Virus record (IMG/VR): IMGVR_UViG_3300024429_000007
Location: 1-64,000 of that record
Direction: 5' to 3' (one strand)
Length of the DNA: 64,000 nt
Origin: an uncultured virus (IMG/VR IMGVR_UViG_3300024429_000007)
Lineage: Duplodnaviria; Heunggongvirae; Uroviricota; Caudoviricetes
A program made the translations under genes and the position numbers. Shown here piece after piece: positions 38,278 through 48,151 of this stretch (position 1 is its first letter; the number at the start of each line of letters is the position of its first letter). Under the pieces are notes generated by a model, which saw only the letters and a program-made list of their open reading frames with translations, made no database searches and had not been told where the DNA came from.

Positions 38278-38766
38278 CTACGATACTGCGGCGGTAATCG
38301 TCCATTTCACGATAAGCGAATCTCCTGACGTGAGCGCTACAGCCGTGATCGCAACCTCGCTGTAGGTGGTCGTCCATGATCCATTGAGAACTCCCAAACG
38401 AACCGGCGTCACTGAAATGCTTCCCGTCGCCGTCAATGTGGCCTTCCAACGTATCCAAGCCTCGGTACCGGCTCCTCCTCCATCGATGGAAGTTGCTTGC
38501 GCGTGACCCCACGCTCCGTCGTAATAGAAATCCATCGCATCCACAGCGGCCATCGATCCGCCGCCCAGTGCATTTGCGACAGCGTTCAGGAACGCTGCTT
38601 GAATGGTATTTGAGAATACCATCTTCTCAACCCGACCATCCTGTCGCCGAATCTCAAGCTCGACCTTTCCCCGAAACGCACAGCACTCTTCAACGTGTTG
38701 TCCATCATCTCTCGACCTAAGAACTGTGGTTGCGACTTCTTCGCTAAACCCCGTTCGGTCTCTCAT
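38278..38766 (-). CDS. tail fibre-associated protein
   Basis: GKVELEI..DG..N; C-terminal SGDSLIVKWTIT. Confidence 0.65.
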   Translation of the reverse strand: MRDRTGFSEEVATTVLRSRDDGQHVEECCAFRGKVELEIRRQDGRVEKMVFSNTIQAAFLNAVANALGGGSMAAVDAMDFYYDGAWGHAQATSIDGGGAGTEAWIRWKATLTATGSISVTPVRLGVLNGSWTTTYSEVAITAVALTSGDSLIVKWTITAAVS

Positions 38767-38810
38767 CTGATCCTCCCTTTCTTGAGAATTTGAAAACTCA
38801 ATCCTCAAAA

Positions 38811-41123
38811 TCAAGTCGTATCGCCCCAAAAAGTTGCACGAAATTGAACGTAGCGCTTGCGTTCACTATCTTCTGCGTAGCCTCCGGATTCGTATTCCGC
38901 GAAGGGAAGAGTATAATTGATTTCCTCAACATCTGAAATAACTGAAACTGAATCGTCTCCGTTGTTTGCTGCAAATATCTTTCCGGCCGATTCATCGCAA
39001 TCAATACCATAAGGACCGTCGCCGATACTGATCGTTCCAACAACAAGATTACTCGAACTATCAACTACTGAAACACAATCATTCCCACTATTGGTTACGA
39101 AAGTTTTTCCGACCCCCTCATCACAAACTACATCGCGAGGATTAGATCCTACATTGACCGTAGCGCTGACTGTATTTGACGGTGTGTGAATCACCGACAC
39201 AGTATTGTCATCATAATTCGCCACAAAAGTTTTCTCTACGGTCTCGTCGCAAGCGACACCGCGGGGATTAGATCCCACACTGATCGTAGCGCTGATTGAG
39301 TTTGACGGTGTGTGGATCACCGACACAGAATCATCTCCAGAATTCGATACGAATGTCTTTCCCGCTGTCTCGTCACATGCAACTCCCGAAGCAGTAGTTC
39401 CAACGAAAATTGTTGCACTGATCGTGTTCGAAGCGGTATGGATCACAGAGACTTTAGGCAAATACATAAGAACTAGCTCTGGTGGATTCCCTGCGTTGCG
39501 AGCATCAAACTCGGCCCATCGGTCGTACTGGAGAGGAGGACCTGTTGAGAGTCTAATACCATAATTCAGATACGTCCCTTCACTCCATCCCTGTGCCAAA
39601 GAAGTTAAATTTATCTCGTACCATCCTGCCGTATTGACCCAAAACGATGTGTACCCAGCAACCGCAGGCTGATTATTCCAAGTTATAGTATATTCCTCCC
39701 AATCTGCCAGAACCCGGCCAATGGAAATCAGATGCGATCCAATTCCAACTCCGTTAGCATATATACGAAGAACGGCAGATGTTATTCCCTCACCAACCGG
39801 AAAGCGGATAAATGCGTTTTTCTGCCTCGACAGATGAGTATTATTCGCAACATCTAATTCCGGATCTCCACCATAATTGCCCCCTGGATTGAGAGTATCA
39901 GTCCAAGAATCCCCAGTTGGATAAACTGTGAGTGGTGCAACTCCACTGGCGGCCACAAAGGTCTTCCCTGCGGTCTCATCGCAGGCAACAGCTTGAGGAT
40001 TAGATCCTACGCTGATCGTGGCACTAATAGTATTCGAAGCCGCATGGATAACAGATACAGAACTCGATCCCGAATTCACCACAAACGCCTTTACTGCAGT
40101 TTCATCGCAGGCAACTCCTTCGGGATTAGTTCCTACTCCGATAGTTGCAACCACGGAATTTGAAGCGGTGCTGATTACAGAAACTGTATCAGAAGTCCGA
40201 TTTACAACGAAGGTCTTTCCCACGGCTTCATCGCATGCAACTCCGCGTGGAGCATCGCCAACCGAAATCGTCGCAAGCAAATCATAGGTCGCAGTTCCTC
40301 CCCACTCGGGATCTGCTATATCCGGCACATCCTTATCCGCCCAAGCCCCGCCTCCTTTTTTAATGGTCGGGACGACATTGGAAGCTCGAACAGAAATTGT
40401 CTTAGGTGGAGGTGGAACGGTATCAATCGCTGTCGGACTTGGTTCCTGAGAAGTCCATTTCACAGAACTCAACTGAACCTCGTCTCCTAAATCGACCGCT
40501 CCGCTGGTAAATTTTCCAGTTTCAACATAATCACCGGGCGTTCCGGCAAGTTCGATTTGAAGTTGGGTCGGAGGATCGGTTTGAACTTTGTAGGCTAGTT
40601 CACTACCAGAATAGAATGACCACGATCCTCCATAGATCGCCTGCCAAGTACCCGTTCCTCCAGATCCTTTCATATAGATCTTCGCCGTGTTACCCCCTGT
40701 GTTACTTCGGTATAAAGCCCCAACCCAAATCGGACCCGTAGTTACAGCGAAATCTAAATCCCAAGTGTACCAAGCTTTCGGAAAGGGGCCATAGAGTGGA
40801 GGACCGGGTGACGTCCAAGCTGGATCTACAGTATCTGCTGGTACCCCACTCTCATCCAGCCAAAGTTTTGCGAAAATCAAATCAGGGTCATCAACTAATG
40901 AAATCAAAAGACTTATTTTCTTAATCACTGAATCGAGGGGTACGATAATTTTCGAGCAAACACAACGAGAGACGTGGTACCCTGCACTTACATAAGTACC
41001 CCCATCAGTTTGCTCAAGATACCAACCCCCTTCGATCTCCGTATCATCCAGACTGTCCGCCGAATTCGGACTTGGTCCAAAGTCTACCCAAGCTATCTCA
41101 GCATCCGCTCCACCGATCTTCAT
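38811..41123 (-). CDS. receptor-binding/tail protein with YVTN propeller interrupted by a DNRLRE (CBM96-like) domain
   Basis: 3+4 YVTN repeats around DSW..PGGNYG..AFIRF..ITSAVL..WEEYTITWNNQP..NYGI..PEL. Confidence 0.8.
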   Translation of the reverse strand: MKIGGADAEIAWVDFGPSPNSADSLDDTEIEGGWYLEQTDGGTYVSAGYHVSRCVCSKIIVPLDSVIKKISLLISLVDDPDLIFAKLWLDESGVPADTVDPAWTSPGPPLYGPFPKAWYTWDLDFAVTTGPIWVGALYRSNTGGNTAKIYMKGSGGTGTWQAIYGGSWSFYSGSELAYKVQTDPPTQLQIELAGTPGDYVETGKFTSGAVDLGDEVQLSSVKWTSQEPSPTAIDTVPPPPKTISVRASNVVPTIKKGGGAWADKDVPDIADPEWGGTATYDLLATISVGDAPRGVACDEAVGKTFVVNRTSDTVSVISTASNSVVATIGVGTNPEGVACDETAVKAFVVNSGSSSVSVIHAASNTISATISVGSNPQAVACDETAGKTFVAASGVAPLTVYPTGDSWTDTLNPGGNYGGDPELDVANNTHLSRQKNAFIRFPVGEGITSAVLRIYANGVGIGSHLISIGRVLADWEEYTITWNNQPAVAGYTSFWVNTAGWYEINLTSLAQGWSEGTYLNYGIRLSTGPPLQYDRWAEFDARNAGNPPELVLMYLPKVSVIHTASNTISATIFVGTTASGVACDETAGKTFVSNSGDDSVSVIHTPSNSISATISVGSNPRGVACDETVEKTFVANYDDNTVSVIHTPSNTVSATVNVGSNPRDVVCDEGVGKTFVTNSGNDCVSVVDSSSNLVVGTISIGDGPYGIDCDESAGKIFAANNGDDSVSVISDVEEINYTLPFAEYESGGYAEDSERKRYVQFRATFWGDTT

Positions 41124-44100
41124 TCGATTACCTCCGCAATCGTCTCCTTCAAACGCTCGATCCTGCGCCGCTTCGCAGGCAACCAAATATCTTCATAAAC
41201 TTTGTCAATCGTGGTTATGTCGTTGATCATCGGAACGCTACCAGTAAAGTCAATCGTATCGCCTTCAAAAGTCACGCTAATATCTACCTTCTGTTCCGTT
41301 TTCATAGAAGCCGGTCTTGATCTTGCACCAAGAGCAGCAGTCGCCTCGGGACTTAATCGAATCAAACCTTCAGTTTGAGCAGCGGACCGAAGCAGCGATG
41401 GAATCGTCTCTTCAAGACCGAGAAGCGGCTGAAGAATCTCTCGCCCTCGTTCCGAAATTCCCAGTCTCCCCGCTTTCCGCGTCAATGGAATTACAGCTTC
41501 TGGGCCTTCCTCGCCAATGAGAGCAGCCGTTTTTTTCTTGATGATCCCGCCTTTGGCAAAAAGACCGAGAAGCGGCTGAAGAATCTCTCGCCCGCGCTCC
41601 GAAACTCCGAGCTTCCCTTTTCTCCTCTCTAAAGGGATCACGGCTTCCGGGCCTTCCTCACCAATGAGAGCAGCGGTTCGCTTTTTGACAACCCCACCTT
41701 TAGCAAACTTAACCAACCCGGTCATTTTTGCAATGAAACCGGCGACGACACCCGCACCGATAACCATTCCAATCGGGCCGAGCCCTGTGAACCAATTCCA
41801 GAGCTTAGAGACTCCTTGTGCCGTCTGTTCAGAAACTACCGCTTTAGTGATCCCCTTCTCGACCGCCAGTTTCTTCATGCTCTCTGCAATGATTCCAACT
41901 ATCAGTTTAGAAAATTCCGCCAACGCAGTTCTTTGTAGGCTCTTCCACAGTTCACCCATATTTTTTGTGAAGCCCCTGCGCCGATTTTCGACTTCCTCAG
42001 TAAACTTCCGATCCATTTCATCGAGTTCGAGGTAATATCGTTCACGATTGATTTTTCCCTCTTCAAGATCATCTCTGAGTCTCTGTTTCCGCTCTTCGTT
42101 TCTTTCCGCAATCAATTCCAGAGATTCTCGACTGTATTCATCTTCTAACCCGATCATCTTCTGAAGTGAGGAGGAAATCACATTTTCCAAATCCTGATAG
42201 AGCCTACTGAATATCCTTTTTACCATGTCTGAAAATGTTCCAATTCGTTTCAAGTAATCTTCCGAAGCACCGGTCATACCAGCCATGATACTTATCCAGG
42301 CACGACTGCTCGAATCGGCCATCTCCTGGTCATCTTCCGTAAGTGCCTTGACTACGTGCTGCTTGACTCTAAGCAGATACTTGAAATAGGCCTCAGCTTC
42401 CTTAAACCTTGCCTTATAGAGCGCCACATCGCGCCAGATCGTGCTTACAACCTCATCCTCGTCTAACTTCTCAAGAACTTTTTTCCTTTCGTCCGCATCG
42501 GTAATCTCTTTTTCAGTACTCACCGCGCGCTGTTTTTCGATATTATCCAGATGCTTCCGATGAATGTCACCGATTCTTTTCGCAATGTTTTGCCACGCTG
42601 TGACAGTCTGACGGTAATTTTCGACGGTATTTTTCGCTCGGAGATCTGCTCTTTTCTTCGCCCAATGTGCTTCAATTTCAGAACGTTCAATTTCGTTTTG
42701 TACGGTAAGCTTGGTCAATGCCTTTTGATGCGCTTTGGTTGCAGCCGTCTGTGCACTTTGACTCGCTTCTCTAGATTCAGTAATTTCTGCAACCTCTTCT
42801 GCGGCCGCCGTCTTCCGTTTTTCGTAATTCTGTTTCAAGGCTACCAGGTCTTTTTTGCCGCCCGCGATCAATTTCCCGTGGCGAAAGTTTGTCTGCTCCT
42901 TCAAAAGACCTGTCAACTCTTTAAGCGCCTTCTTTTCAATCTGGAGCAGGGCGATCCCTTTATTGACCTGAAGTAATTTTTCTTTGTCCGCCGACTCCTG
43001 AAGCAATTCATACAGGTCATCCAAACCGTAGTGCCTTGCTTGTATCCGAGCCATTTCTATCGCGTTCATTCCTTCAAGCGTTTCATTTTCCAGCGCTTTC
43101 ATCGCATCGGAAATTATATCCGCTTCTGCAGTTCCTGCTTCGTACTGCATTCGAGCCCGGATTAACAGATTCAGAGCGTATATTTTTTCAAGCTCGGATC
43201 CTGCCGCCCGAGAATCCTCAAGCTGTCTGTCTAACGAGGTTTTCTGAGTCTGTCGCATTGCATCCCAAGCTTTACGATACTTTTCACTGAGTCCCTTCAA
43301 AGCCTTTGAAAAGATTGCCTCTCTTTTTGTAGTAAAATAAGTTTCGATCAGACTGGCATCAGCTTCCTTTGCCTTCATGACCATGATGCGCTGATCTAAA
43401 GCGTAAAGCTGATTTTCTAAACCGGACTGTTGTAGTTTTCGGAGTTCCTGTAGAGTTTCACCTTCGATACGAACTCGCTCGCCCATCAGTTCTTCGTCGG
43501 CCTCCGTAATCAGACCCATTCTCTTCCTCAGTTGCGTTTCTTCGACTCCAAGCCAAATTGACCAAGTACGGATCATGTATTCCTGCATCCTTTGCGCGTG
43601 CTCGGTCTCAGTCAATTCTTCCTTATCCAACTCCTTTGCATAGGCATCCCTTCTCTTCTCCCACATTTTCATCAACTTGTAATTTGCAATCCGATAGGAA
43701 AGATTTCGAAGACTAAGAAAGGAGGCAATCTTCGAAAGCAAACCCTTCTGAATCGCTACCTCTTCGAAAGCAAACTGCATAGACTTCTTCGTAAATTTTC
43801 CAGTTATCGCATCCCAGGCCACACCGAAAGCACCCATCGCACCAATTGCTATTCCGAACCAACCCGCGAATTTTCCAAGCCTTCCTAATACTCGGCCAAT
43901 CGCCGGGACAAACTTTGTAAAGTTCCCAACAATGCCTTTCATTGCCGCTCCAAGACCGATCACTCTCTGATTTACCTTAGTCCGAGTGAACGCTCTCCCT
44001 ACCAAGAGCAAACTTAATCCAAGCCTATCAACCCATTTTCCGAGCGCCGATGTCGGAGCGATTGCTTTTCCAGAGGACAGGCGCCAAGCAATCAGCGCCA

Positions 44101-45652
44101 CGGGAATTTTCTCTATAGAACCTAGCAGCATTCCCACCGCACGACCGAGATCTTCGGACAAATCGATGGCTCTTAAAAGAACCTTGTTAAGAGAAGCAAG
44201 TTGCCCCGAGAACGTTTGGGTCTGAATCGCACCCCGAACCATCGCTGTAATGTTCATCGAAACGGCATTGCCGAGTATTTTTAATTGTGCGGAGGGGTCG
44301 GATTCGACCAGCGCAACCATCGATTCGACCAGATCATAAGTTGCTTCTCTGTTTATCCGAATCTGTTCGGCCAGCTTCTCAAAGTTCTCAGCCAGTGTAA
44401 TCACTCGAATCCCACGTAAACCCAAGAGATCAATCATCTCAGCAGCTTTCTGAGTACTGACCGCAAATTCATCAGTATCTGAAGACGACTTGCGAAGCTC
44501 CTGGCCAATCAACCTCACCGCTTGTTCAAATTGCAGAGGCCTAGACGGATCAAAAGCAAAGCCAGTGACTTTTGCAAGGCGCTCCGGATACCTCAGCAGT
44601 CGAGCGAAAGTACGAGCTAAAGCAGTCCCACCCTTCGAGCTTTTAACAAAGTGCGTTCCTAAGACTCCAAGCGAAGCAACTAAAACCTCTAACGAAACTC
44701 CGGCAGTCTTACTTAAAGCGCCGACGTAAGTCATTGCCTTGTTGTAATCCGCCATTTCAATGTCTTGTTGCCTAAAAGTGGCGGTTAGGATCGCCGAAAT
44801 CTTCTGCATCTTCGCAACTGGCGTCCGAGCAGTGGTCAGCGTCTTTCCGAAGACATTATACAACGAAGTCAGCGTTCGAGTTGTTTGAATGGCATCTTCA
44901 TCGAGCGCGATGGCAGTCTCCATCGTGGTATCAATCGTCTCTTGTGCAACGTTCCAAGCTAGGCCGGCGGTCGTCAGATAGTAGAATGACTTGATATAAT
45001 CCCGGAGACTTTTTGTATGCTGCGCGGTGAACCGGATCGCTTCCCGGGTTAGAGCATTCCGTTTAACCAGCAGTTCGACCTCGTTACTCAAGGCATCCGC
45101 ACCAGTTCGAAGAGCCAATGAGGTTTCATGCATCAGCACATTGATATTCTCTAAGGCATCTTGCAATTTCGACCACAAAAACCAGAAACTTCGCCAAACC
45201 ACAAACCATCTCACGTTCAATTTAATAAACTTTGCGACCCCCTCCTGAAATGAGATGATCGCGCCCAGTTGTTGTTTGCCCCGGGATATCATCTGCTTTC
45301 CAGCCTTATCCATCGTACTGGCTGTTTGTTGAACCGAGGTGCGAGTCTTCCTGCCAGAAGCTTGCGCCTGATCCGAGGAAGTTTTGTACTGCTTGCTAAC
45401 CGCAGACATTGCGCTCTGAGTTTGCTTCGTTCCGGCAGTGACCGCACTCGTTGTCTCTCGTACCGATGCACTAACGGCTTTCGCCATTCCAGCGAAAGCC
45501 GCTTTCTGTTTCGAAGCTTCGGCGTTGAACTTCTTCAGCGCATTTAACGCTTTAGCCATCTGATCCCGAAAAGCTTTCGTTCGGGCCAGTAAAGTGATAG
45601 CAAGCGTTCCAAGCGCTATTCCTGTCGCTTCGAGACCCTGCGGATCGGGCAT
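41120..45652 (-). CDS. tail tape measure protein
   Basis: 1510 aa, helical Ala/Lys-rich, TP901-like core (GGTALA), FAKGG..GEEGPEAVIPL; follows the chaperone pair. Confidence 0.9.
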   Translation of the reverse strand: MPDPQGLEATGIALGTLAITLLARTKAFRDQMAKALNALKKFNAEASKQKAAFAGMAKAVSASVRETTSAVTAGTKQTQSAMSAVSKQYKTSSDQAQASGRKTRTSVQQTASTMDKAGKQMISRGKQQLGAIISFQEGVAKFIKLNVRWFVVWRSFWFLWSKLQDALENINVLMHETSLALRTGADALSNEVELLVKRNALTREAIRFTAQHTKSLRDYIKSFYYLTTAGLAWNVAQETIDTTMETAIALDEDAIQTTRTLTSLYNVFGKTLTTARTPVAKMQKISAILTATFRQQDIEMADYNKAMTYVGALSKTAGVSLEVLVASLGVLGTHFVKSSKGGTALARTFARLLRYPERLAKVTGFAFDPSRPLQFEQAVRLIGQELRKSSSDTDEFAVSTQKAAEMIDLLGLRGIRVITLAENFEKLAEQIRINREATYDLVESMVALVESDPSAQLKILGNAVSMNITAMVRGAIQTQTFSGQLASLNKVLLRAIDLSEDLGRAVGMLLGSIEKIPVALIAWRLSSGKAIAPTSALGKWVDRLGLSLLLVGRAFTRTKVNQRVIGLGAAMKGIVGNFTKFVPAIGRVLGRLGKFAGWFGIAIGAMGAFGVAWDAITGKFTKKSMQFAFEEVAIQKGLLSKIASFLSLRNLSYRIANYKLMKMWEKRRDAYAKELDKEELTETEHAQRMQEYMIRTWSIWLGVEETQLRKRMGLITEADEELMGERVRIEGETLQELRKLQQSGLENQLYALDQRIMVMKAKEADASLIETYFTTKREAIFSKALKGLSEKYRKAWDAMRQTQKTSLDRQLEDSRAAGSELEKIYALNLLIRARMQYEAGTAEADIISDAMKALENETLEGMNAIEMARIQARHYGLDDLYELLQESADKEKLLQVNKGIALLQIEKKALKELTGLLKEQTNFRHGKLIAGGKKDLVALKQNYEKRKTAAAEEVAEITESREASQSAQTAATKAHQKALTKLTVQNEIERSEIEAHWAKKRADLRAKNTVENYRQTVTAWQNIAKRIGDIHRKHLDNIEKQRAVSTEKEITDADERKKVLEKLDEDEVVSTIWRDVALYKARFKEAEAYFKYLLRVKQHVVKALTEDDQEMADSSSRAWISIMAGMTGASEDYLKRIGTFSDMVKRIFSRLYQDLENVISSSLQKMIGLEDEYSRESLELIAERNEERKQRLRDDLEEGKINRERYYLELDEMDRKFTEEVENRRRGFTKNMGELWKSLQRTALAEFSKLIVGIIAESMKKLAVEKGITKAVVSEQTAQGVSKLWNWFTGLGPIGMVIGAGVVAGFIAKMTGLVKFAKGGVVKKRTAALIGEEGPEAVIPLERRKGKLGVSERGREILQPLLGLFAKGGIIKKKTAALIGEEGPEAVIPLTRKAGRLGISERGREILQPLLGLEETIPSLLRSAAQTEGLIRLSPEATAALGARSRPASMKTEQKVDISVTFEGDTIDFTGSVPMINDITTIDKVYEDIWLPAKRRRIERLKETIAEVIE
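41414..41707 (-). repeat. tandem 147-bp (49-aa) duplication inside the tape measure gene
   Basis: FAKGG..AALIGEEGPEAVIPL..SERGREILQPLLGL twice. Confidence 0.85.
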
Positions 45653-45653
45653 T

Positions 45654-45941
45654 TCATCCCTCCTGATGAATCTGAATTCCGACCTGACTCACAAATGCTG
45701 CTAATTGACCCGGATCTGAGGCTTGGAAAGTCGGTTTCCGGGGCTGTTGTCCAGATTCACTGTGAACGACCTCGAGTCCTGCTTCGAGCAACAATTCGAG
45801 CTCATCAATTGTCCGCTTCAGAGTCTCGTCAACCGTCCATCCAAATTCCGAAGAAAAATACCAGAGCACTTTCGATATCCCTAACTTAGACCGAACTGTA
45901 GAAATGTCTCCAGAGTTTTCCGGTCTAAGATGCCGAGCCAA
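45654..45941 (-). CDS. tail assembly chaperone, -1 frameshift extension (gpT-like)
   Basis: Reached from the upstream ORF by -1 slip at T TTT TTT. Confidence 0.75.
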   Translation of the reverse strand: MARHLRPENSGDISTVRSKLGISKVLWYFSSEFGWTVDETLKRTIDELELLLEAGLEVVHSESGQQPRKPTFQASDPGQLAAFVSQVGIQIHQEG

Positions 45942-46321
45942 CTCATAAAAAAAGGCTTCACCACCTTTGCGATAGAAGCGAAAGACAGGTTTTCTTCAAC
46001 CCAGGTCTTTTCTCTTTCCATCAGGAGTGCAGCCACTTGAATCGATAGCTCCGGGATGTACGCCAACGCCAAATTGATCATCTCTACGGTGTTCAGGTCC
46101 TCATTCACCAGCTTCTCAACTTCCGATCCTGCTTTCTTAGTTTCCTTGCGAATCGCGGCGATAACTTGAAGCTCTTTCTTCGCAGGAAATCTCAAAACTA
46201 CCTCAATCTCTTCTCCACCGATCGTTGTGAGTTTGACTTTCTCCGGAATCTCACCCCAGATTTGAGCTTCGTCCTTCTCGTCGGTACCTTTCTCGTCGGC
46301 CACTACTGTGGGACCCGACAT
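45881..46321 (-). CDS. tail assembly chaperone (gpG-like)
   Basis: Between tail tube and tape measure; GGAGG RBS. Confidence 0.8.
   Translation of the reverse strand: MSGPTVVADEKGTDEKDEAQIWGEIPEKVKLTTIGGEEIEVVLRFPAKKELQVIAAIRKETKKAGSEVEKLVNEDLNTVEMINLALAYIPELSIQVAALLMEREKTWVEENLSFASIAKVVKPFFMSWLGILDRKTLETFLQFGLS
45947..45953 (-). other. programmed -1 frameshift slippery heptamer TTTTTTT
   Basis: CCT TTT TTT ATG; the -1 frame is open to 45654. Confidence 0.75.
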
Positions 46322-46410
46322 GCTGACCTCCTTTCGGTTCTTTCCGGCCTCTCTGACCTGAACCAAATTTAGAGTTGCCTGTCGTTTGCTATTTGTGTGA
46401 CTACCACGCT

Positions 46411-46995
46411 TTATGTAGGTGCAACAACTCGATTCATCCGGTAGTACCGCTCGTCACCAGTTATCGCCGGACACGTATCGTTCCCCCACTCGTAACCTGC
46501 ATCAAGCGCCTGGAAACTGACTGGGAAAGTGTGTAAATCCTCGGAGAAAGCGATCGGCATATCGCCAATTGAGCGTGCTTTCCAGATCCGGATCTCAATG
46601 GTATCCCCAACCGTTTTTCCGACATTCGGCGGCATCTGATGTCGCAATATCATCGATACTTCGGTAAAGCGCAACGAACCGCCGAAGCCAAAGGTTTCAT
46701 CCGATGCTGCTGCAGTGTACTCTCCGCCACCGACGTACATCTTCATATTGGCGAGATTCCATTGAAGCCCGGTGAAAGCGAACGTAACTCCTTCGGCTTG
46801 CCGGAAACTCGCAACGATCCTTCTTGGCGATCCCTGCAAAGCATCCAGCGCATCGACCGAATGAGTCAAAACCATTCCAACATCAACAGCACCCACGTCA
46901 CCTGTCGGCGTTACACCAGCCAAAGCCATTGAGACTACTCCTGGTCCGAAGGATAGCTGTTTGTCATCGACGGTCGGCATATTAAAGACACCCAT
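46411..46995 (-). CDS. major tail tube protein
   Basis: LSFGPG, beta-rich, position. Confidence 0.8.
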   Translation of the reverse strand: MGVFNMPTVDDKQLSFGPGVVSMALAGVTPTGDVGAVDVGMVLTHSVDALDALQGSPRRIVASFRQAEGVTFAFTGLQWNLANMKMYVGGGEYTAAASDETFGFGGSLRFTEVSMILRHQMPPNVGKTVGDTIEIRIWKARSIGDMPIAFSEDLHTFPVSFQALDAGYEWGNDTCPAITGDERYYRMNRVVAPT

Positions 46996-46998
46996 CTC

Positions 46999-47229
46999 TT
47001 ATCCCTCCTTTGACTCCTCTGAAACTCTTTGTTCTGACTCTTGCTCCAGCGTATTGATGGATCCGCAATTCCGGCAAGTCATCGAGACATCCCCGTTCCT
47101 GACCCAGATGTAAGCATCTTTGACTTTGATCGTCAGAACACTCCGACCGACATCAAGCATCCCAAGTTTTGCTTTGCAATTCTCACATTTCCACGGCAGC
47201 GTACCTACTTTCAACTCATTTTCAGCCAT
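46999..47229 (-). CDS. small zinc-ribbon protein (Mu Com-like)
   Basis: CENCKAKL ... CRNCGSIN. Confidence 0.7.
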   Translation of the reverse strand: MAENELKVGTLPWKCENCKAKLGMLDVGRSVLTIKVKDAYIWVRNGDVSMTCRNCGSINTLEQESEQRVSEESKEG

Positions 47230-47614
47230 GAATTGCTCTCCCAAAATAGTTGACTGTTTCACAAAACAAATCAGACTCGGAAATTTCAACTGGTCTTGAC
47301 GCTGGATCCAAAACAGCCGACATTTCCTCGCCAACGATGATAGAGTTTCTCAAGACTGCATCTCCAAGCGCATATAATTTATGCGCGGCCCCCATTGATT
47401 CTTCGGTGTAAAACCAAAAGCGAATTGAAAAAGTTGAGTACGGAGCACCTCGATAGGGAAAAGCGCCCCCTTCAGTTTCAAAGTTAATACATGGAAACTT
47501 CGGATCCTGAACGCTCGCGAGTCGAGCGGGGTAAACTCTCCATCCGACTTGATCCCGGATTGAGGTTGTCTGAACCAGCATTTGAATGAGATTCTTTTTC
47601 CATGTCCCTTCCAC
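47222..47614 (-). CDS. tail terminator protein
   Basis: VGWRVYP..FPCI; position. Confidence 0.7.
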   Translation of the reverse strand: MEGTWKKNLIQMLVQTTSIRDQVGWRVYPARLASVQDPKFPCINFETEGGAFPYRGAPYSTFSIRFWFYTEESMGAAHKLYALGDAVLRNSIIVGEEMSAVLDPASRPVEISESDLFCETVNYFGRAIHG

Positions 47615-47629
47615 GGGAGAACCTCCATC

Positions 47630-48151
47630 TTAATCACGCCACGGGGCCCCTGTCTTTATTTTCCACGCGGCTCCCTTCCTTATTCTGGTTCGGAGCATCA
47701 GCTTGCGGATAATCTGAAGATTGCCCATCACTGACTCCATCATAAAATTTCTTCCGACCATTTTTGATGTACCGAGAATGACCATCGGCCCGTATTTTTC
47801 GGTCTTCGAACCTCTCTTTACTCCGATCTGAATCCAAATTGATTCGGCAGTTACGTTAATCGGGAAAACGGCCAAGTCTCGGTTAAGCTGCCCGGTTTGC
47901 CGGTTGATTAGCCACTCAGGAGCATGAGGAATCGGTGATCGGGGTTTTACTGTTGGTAAAATTCCGTAAGGATACCCCATCGCTTTAAGCTGGGCTAAAC
48001 TATAATTTGGACTCGGCGAAGTGGCATCCTGGAACTTCTCCAGAATAAAGTCAGCGGCTGTCGAAAGGTTCCTGATGACTCGGTTCATCTCTTGCCCATA
48101 AACTTGCTTCAGATAGGGCGTTGCACGATCTTTAATCCTGAGTGAAATCAT
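47630..48151 (-). CDS. neck/tail-completion protein (HK97 gp10-like)
   Basis: TGQL, Y..MVILGTSKMVGRNFM. Confidence 0.75.
   Translation of the reverse strand: MISLRIKDRATPYLKQVYGQEMNRVIRNLSTAADFILEKFQDATSPSPNYSLAQLKAMGYPYGILPTVKPRSPIPHAPEWLINRQTGQLNRDLAVFPINVTAESIWIQIGVKRGSKTEKYGPMVILGTSKMVGRNFMMESVMGNLQIIRKLMLRTRIRKGAAWKIKTGAPWRD

Noticed and set aside
5167..41123. Archaeal host suggested by ThyA type, YVTN/DNRLRE domains and repeat family
   Set aside because: The Amidase_3 endolysin, GT9 and WbqC genes point to a bacterial host; the host remains unresolved without searches
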